Shown here: positions 58,728 through 64,000 of the stretch, one piece after another
How the letters are laid out: every line of letters begins with the position of its first letter
Position numbering within the stretch: the stretch's first letter is position 1
DNA from: Tubulanus polymorphus
Taxonomy: Eukaryota > Animalia > Nemertea
Length of the DNA: 64,000 nucleotides
Assembly (NCBI RefSeq): GCF_964204645.1
Contig: NC_134027.1
Coordinates: forward strand, 15,284,485 to 15,348,484
Direction: 5' to 3'
The notes under the pieces: generated by a model
What the model was told of the DNA's origin: nothing
Databases searched by the model: none
Seen by the model: only the letters and a program-made list of their open reading frames with translations
Made by a program: the position numbers and the translations under genes

Positions 58728-60230
58728 ATGGAAGCAAATAAGTACTACTGTTCAAAACTGTAAAATTGATATAGATAAATCTCAAAAAGCAAGACATAAT
58801 AAAACTAAAACACATTTAGAGAATAAATTGAAATTAGAATATAAAGATGATATATTAGAAACTAAATTAGATGAATTGAAGAATGAAAAAGAAACATACA
58901 AATGTGACACATGTAATCAATCATTCAGTAACAAAAGATATTATAAAGAACATTTAAAATCTAAAAGTCATATTAGAAATATGAATAATGATATTTTAGG
59001 TGAAGATTATTTTGATAATGATAATGATAAGAAACAGAAGACAATTAAAAGAATAAGAAATAAAATAAACAATAAAAGGCCATACAAGGAAGATGTAAGA
59101 AATTATATTAATTCATTAGATAATTAAAAAGAAATAGAAATAACCGAAGCATTTAAAAGCGATATTGGACCAGCTGCTATTGAATTTAAATTTCATAAAG
59201 GTAAAACATTAGAAGAAAATAAAGAAACATTTAGAAAATATGAAAAGTATCATAAAAATAATTACTGGTGTTGAATACCCTAAGATTAGTATATCAGTTA
59301 AAGTTAAATTTTTAAAATCTGAAGATAAACCAATATATAATATAAGTTCTCATTCACAACATATTATTTCAAAACAACACATAGATGATAATAGATGATT
59401 AGATAAATATTATAATGAAATAAAAAGTAAAATAGAAGAGAAATATTTTGAAGGATCTGGTTTAATATTCGATGAAATAATATGACTTTACATGTTTATA
59501 ACACAAAATATAATAAGCTAACTAAATCAAAACCAATTGATGAAAATAATTTATCATATTATAAAGATGATAATATTAATAGATCAAGTTATATCAAATT
59601 ACCATTTAAAACTAATGCTGTTATAAATGTACAAAATTCTGATGATAAATGTTTTCTATGGTCAATAATTAGTTGCTTACATCCTGCAACTGATAATATT
59701 TGTAGAGTATCAAATTATAAACCATTTGAAAATAATTATAAGATAATTATCCTGTTGGAATTAAAAATATCCCAAAAATAGAAAGAGATAATAATATAAA
59801 GATAAATGTATTTGATTTGGTCAAATTACCAAGAACAAAAGGTAATAATATTAAACATTATACATTAGAACCTCTATACTTATCAAAAGATTATGATTCA
59901 AATGATGTTATAGATATATTATATTATGAGAATCATTATATGTGGATTAAAAGAATTGATTTATTTTTCAAATCAGAAAATGATTTTGATAATAAAATAT
60001 ATCTATGTAGAAAATATATAACTAAATTCAGAACCGAAAGTGCATTATTAAATCATAAACAATTATGTGAAAATCATGATTATTGTAAAATAGTTTTACC
60101 AAATGAAAAGGATAAAGTATTAGAATTCAAATAGTATGATTACAAGAATAAAGTGCCATTTGTAATATATGGAGATTTTGAATCACTCATTAAAGAATTA
60201 ACTGATCAAGATAGAAAAGAAATATATTAG
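58728..60230 (+). pseudogene. polB: polB 5' part, frameshifted and truncated
   Basis: Homologous to 27125-28630 up to just past YGDFES, with several stops and frameshifts. Confidence 0.9.
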
Positions 60231-60736
60231 TTGACGATGAATTAAAGATATTAAAACAACATTATCCAAACAAAAATCAGTTAATGCTGCACGCTGCAGT
60301 ACAGCCCATTCTATGTGTTGTTATTCCAGGGAGATTAATGTTAAATTTTTTCTACTATGAATTATCATTTGTTTAAAAAACCAGTGCCAATATGAAAGGT
60401 CAACATGTGCTGAAGAGAACTGTGAAATAAAATTTCTGATTGGCCCACTACTTTTCCCGTAATTTGCTAATTACTTTACCTATAAATCCGAATAGAATCG
60501 ACAAAATCCACGCCCACCATTAAAAACTTGCATACATGAATATTAACATGGCTTACTATAGGTTAGTATTTAACTGAAAAGTATATGGTTATAGCTTGGG
60601 TCTGTCTATTTGGTCTGCTTGGTCAACTTTTACGATTTTTTGGTACCAAAAACCGTAATCAAAAACCGTATATCATGTATACACATTTTTATAAAATGGA
60701 ATAACTACTTGAAGATGACCATATACTCTGCTATTA

Positions 60737-61199
60737 AGCCTAGCGCACATCGACACTGCGATTGGAGACAACTAGTTGCCAGGCAGTTTTCGGCGCATGA
60801 GAGCAACTGGCTGGATACAATCAGTTGCTCGAATTTGTCGATGTGAGCGAGCTTACGACTGGTTAGCGTCCATCTATCTCCAGTTCCACCCAGTTGCTCA
60901 TGTTCTACTTTTGAGCAACTAGGTACTCAGTTGCTCTCATATCCGTTGATGTGAGCGCTCCATAATCAACAACACATGGTTGTAACTGACTAAAACAAAG
61001 CTATTTGTCACGTGACGTGTGATGCCCTCAAGAATATTTGCTTAACCACATCTCAGTTGCTGTCGATGTGTGCGCTATGGACCTAGCGACCGGCATGAGC
61101 CACGCAGTTGCTGGTTTTTACTAAATTTTCGATGTGCGTGGGGTACTCGCTCACTAGCAACTAGTTGTCTCCAGTCGCTTTGTCGATGTGCGCTAGGCT
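60737..61199. mobile_element. PIF/Harbinger-type MITE
   Basis: AGCCTAGCGCACATCGACA ... TGTCGATGTGCGCTAGGCT with a 3-bp TTA duplication. The empty site is visible in the duplicated segment at about 61590-61605. Confidence 0.85.
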
Positions 61200-61717
61200 T
61201 TAGGTTGATATGTTAGCCATCGTTTTCCGTTATATGTTTATTCATATCATTAATGGTGGGCGTAGATTTTAGGTTTCAGTAAAAGATTTGTGACGTATGC
61301 TAAAAATAGTACAGCAGTGTAACACTGCTAGGAAGGATGGCGTTAATCACTATACACATAGCGCTTGCTGTACACATGTGATGCGTAAAGTTCAGACAGA
61401 ATTAAAGTTCACAAGACAATTATATTTGTTGTATTACCTACAACTTTAAATTTGATACAACTACTTGGGTCTGTCTATTTGGTCTGCTAGGTCAACTTTT
61501 ACGATTTTTGGGTACCAAAAACCGACTGACCTATATCATGTATACACATTTTTGTAAAATGGAATAACTACTTGAAGATGACCATATACTGTGCTATTAG
61601 GTTGATATGTTAGCCATCGTTTTCCGTTATATGTTTATTCATATCATTAATGGTGGGCGTAGATTTTAGGTTTCAGTAAAAGATTTGTGACGTATGCTAA
61701 AAATACTACAGCAGTGT

Positions 61718-62311
61718 AATAATTCTAAATATAAATTAATTCAAAGTTTATTTAGATTTCATAATTACTTTCAAATAAGATTAATATTAAATGAATTAGA
61801 GACCCCTTTGCCAGGATCTAGGAATTTTAAAGAATTAGATAATAATATTAATTTATCAAAGTTTTATAAAGTTTGTAATGAATTAAATATAAATATAAAT
61901 AATTCTGATTTTAGAACAAAAATTGGAACAATAAGATCACTTCCTTGCCATAAAAAAATTGCAGAATATTGTACACTTCCTCTACCAATTAATAGTTTTT
62001 ACAATATATATAGTCAAAAAATAGGTTATGGTAAAATAGAAACTATGGATTTAAAAACATTTAATTTCAATAAATTACCGGAATTTTATGATAATTTAAA
62101 GCAAGAAAACAATAATGGTTGGGTTTATTTAATTTTAGAAAATAGTGAAGGTTTTACAAAATCAGGTATACAAAGAATAAATCAATCAATTAGAACTTAT
62201 TTGATATGTATTCTAGGTACACAAGTTGAAACAAGTTCCCCGATAATTGGAAATTTAAATACATCATTCGATACACAAAAACAATTAAAAAGAAATATCA
62301 AAATTATTTAG
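61718..62311 (+). pseudogene. Fragment of another Polinton-like conserved gene, absent from copy B
   Basis: Very AT-rich open frame FRFHNYFQIRLILNELETPLP...GFTKSGIQRINQSIRTYLICILGTQ. Composition matches the Polinton copies. It is truncated at both ends. Confidence 0.55.
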
Positions 62312-62324
62312 ATAAATCACATGT

Positions 62325-64000
62325 AAGGCACTGACCTTGTATTAAATGAAATACTGAAAGCTGGAAACTACATTCTTTTGCCAGCACTTAAGAAAGCGTT
62401 CAATTAAATCCTTTATAGCGGAAAATTCCCTGCTGCTTGGAGATGCAATTCTTTAACCCCTTTACATAAAAAAGGTGATGCCTCAAACCCTGAAAATTAT
62501 AGGGGTATAGCAGTTGGGAGCAATATTGCTAAACTTTTTTGTACTATATTGTATAACAGATTATCAGTGTATGTAGAAAAAAACAACCTTATCCTAAACT
62601 TATGTCAGATTGGCTTCAAGAAAGGTGCTCGTACTTCAGATCATATACTTACTCTAAAAACAATAATTGATTGATATGTTAACAAACTTTGCAGAACTAG
62701 TGTATATTGTTGTTTCGTTGATTTCAAGTCAGCATTTGACTTGCTTGCGTTGATTTCAAGTCAGCTTTAATTTTTAAGCTCCTCAATATGGGTATCGACG
62801 GGAATATATTATCAGTTATTGAAAGTATGTACTCGGAAGTGAAATATGCTGTAAAACTACAGGAAGGTATAACCTCTAGCTTTTCCTCGAAAGTAGGAGT
62901 AAAACAAGGTTGTGTGTTAAGTCCGTTACTCTTCAACCTTTTTATATCAGATTTACCCAAACTTTTTAACGATAGTTGTCAACCTGTTATGTTGTACAAT
63001 AACCCCATCAGCTGTCTTCTTTATGCAGACGATCTAGTTATTATATCAAAATCCAAAGTAGGTCTACAAAATGCACTAAATAACCTTGGAACTAACTGTG
63101 GAAAATGGCAACTAACCTTTAATCTTTCAAAAACAAAAGTGATCATTTTTAATATGCTTGGACGTACGATAGACAATCACATCTTCAAATATGAAAATAC
63201 ACCTATCGAAGTAGTCGACAATTACTATTACCTTGGAATAATTTTCACTGCCAAGGGTAATTTTAAGAACGCGTGTGATCACCTAACTGACCAAGCCCGT
63301 AAGGCACTTTTAAAGATTAAAACTTTTGACCTGAGAGATAATGTTGCCACGGCTTTGAAACTGTTCAATATCTTTGTGGTACCAATTCCAACGTACTGCT
63401 GTGAAGTTTGGGGTCCCTTCTACACTGAGAATTTCAATAATACAAATTTTATGTCTATTTGCAATACTCTACCAGCCGGGAAAATTAATGTAAACTTTTG
63501 TAAATATTTGTTAGGTGTGCATAAGAATGCTACCCACGCAGCAATTATGGGTGAGCTCGGGCAATACCCTATTCTCATCCCTGTCATATATCTTATGTCA
63601 TATAGCTCAAAATTTTGGTTTCGAGTGTGTTCGTCTGACATCAATTCCCTGGTTAGGATGTCGTATTTGGACTGCCTTTCCTCTATACATTTATCACCTA
63701 ACTGTTATAACTGGGGATTAGCAATGAAGAAATTGATGTTGAATTTTGGCTTCAGTGAAACCTGGGAGAATCAAGGCTCAATTAATTTTTGTAAAACCGC
63801 ACGTGAACTCAAATTATACACCCAGGCTTTATATAAATATAATTGGACGTCCTTTGTGTTCTCCAATGATCTCGGTGGGGAGAAATCTAAATTAAGAACA
63901 TACAAATTTTTCAAATATAATTTCTCCCTCGAAAGGTATCTTTTATATATCAAAAATTTTTTTAAACGCAAGGTTCTTGCAAGGTTACGAACAAGCGCGC
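62325..64000 (+). mobile_element. Non-LTR retrotransposon (LINE) reverse transcriptase, degenerate, running off the window
   Basis: PLHKKGDASNPENYRGIAV, QIGFKKG, FVDFKSAFD, GVKQGCVLSPLLFNLFI, LYADDLV, YLGI. In-frame stops present. Confidence 0.92.

Larger units (their letters stand above)
58188..60230 (+). mobile_element. Left arm of a third Polinton-like copy (copy C): partial hairpin, 113-aa gene, polB pseudogene
   Basis: Hairpin remnant at 58188-58287 ending ATTACT-CTTAAAATATTCA as in copy B, with strong similarity to 27045-28630. Confidence 0.9.

Overview
This is eukaryotic, probably invertebrate, genomic DNA. A three-exon host gene, TMEM42 (1662-42412, +, 165 aa), has two large introns packed with mobile DNA. 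Intron 2 holds a young, structurally complete 13,324-bp Polinton/Maverick (adintovirus-like) element at 26858-40181. It has a 6-bp TSD (AATGCA), identical 356-bp TIRs, protein-primed PolB, penton, packaging ATPase, chromodomain integrase and an HNH nuclease. It has only the C-terminal part of the major capsid protein and no recognisable maturation protease. Two decayed relatives lie at about 3131-20321 and 58188-62311, which allows within-window comparison. Unusual features of this family: (i) each terminus is a long imperfect fold-back hairpin, conserved in structure across the three copies; (ii) the TIR contains the promoter and first 29 codons of polB; (iii) 9 of 11 long ORFs start in an ATAAATG context, like the poxvirus late promoter; (iv) a ~32-bp GC-rich palindromic motif sits in-frame in three different genes; (v) a hairpin plus NRF1-type repeat array and a conserved minus-strand intron occupy the non-coding arm. 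The rest of the window is piggyBac, KolobokP-like, EnSpm, copia, LINE, Helentron-type and MITE sequence. All family assignments come from reading motifs by eye; no database searches were run.
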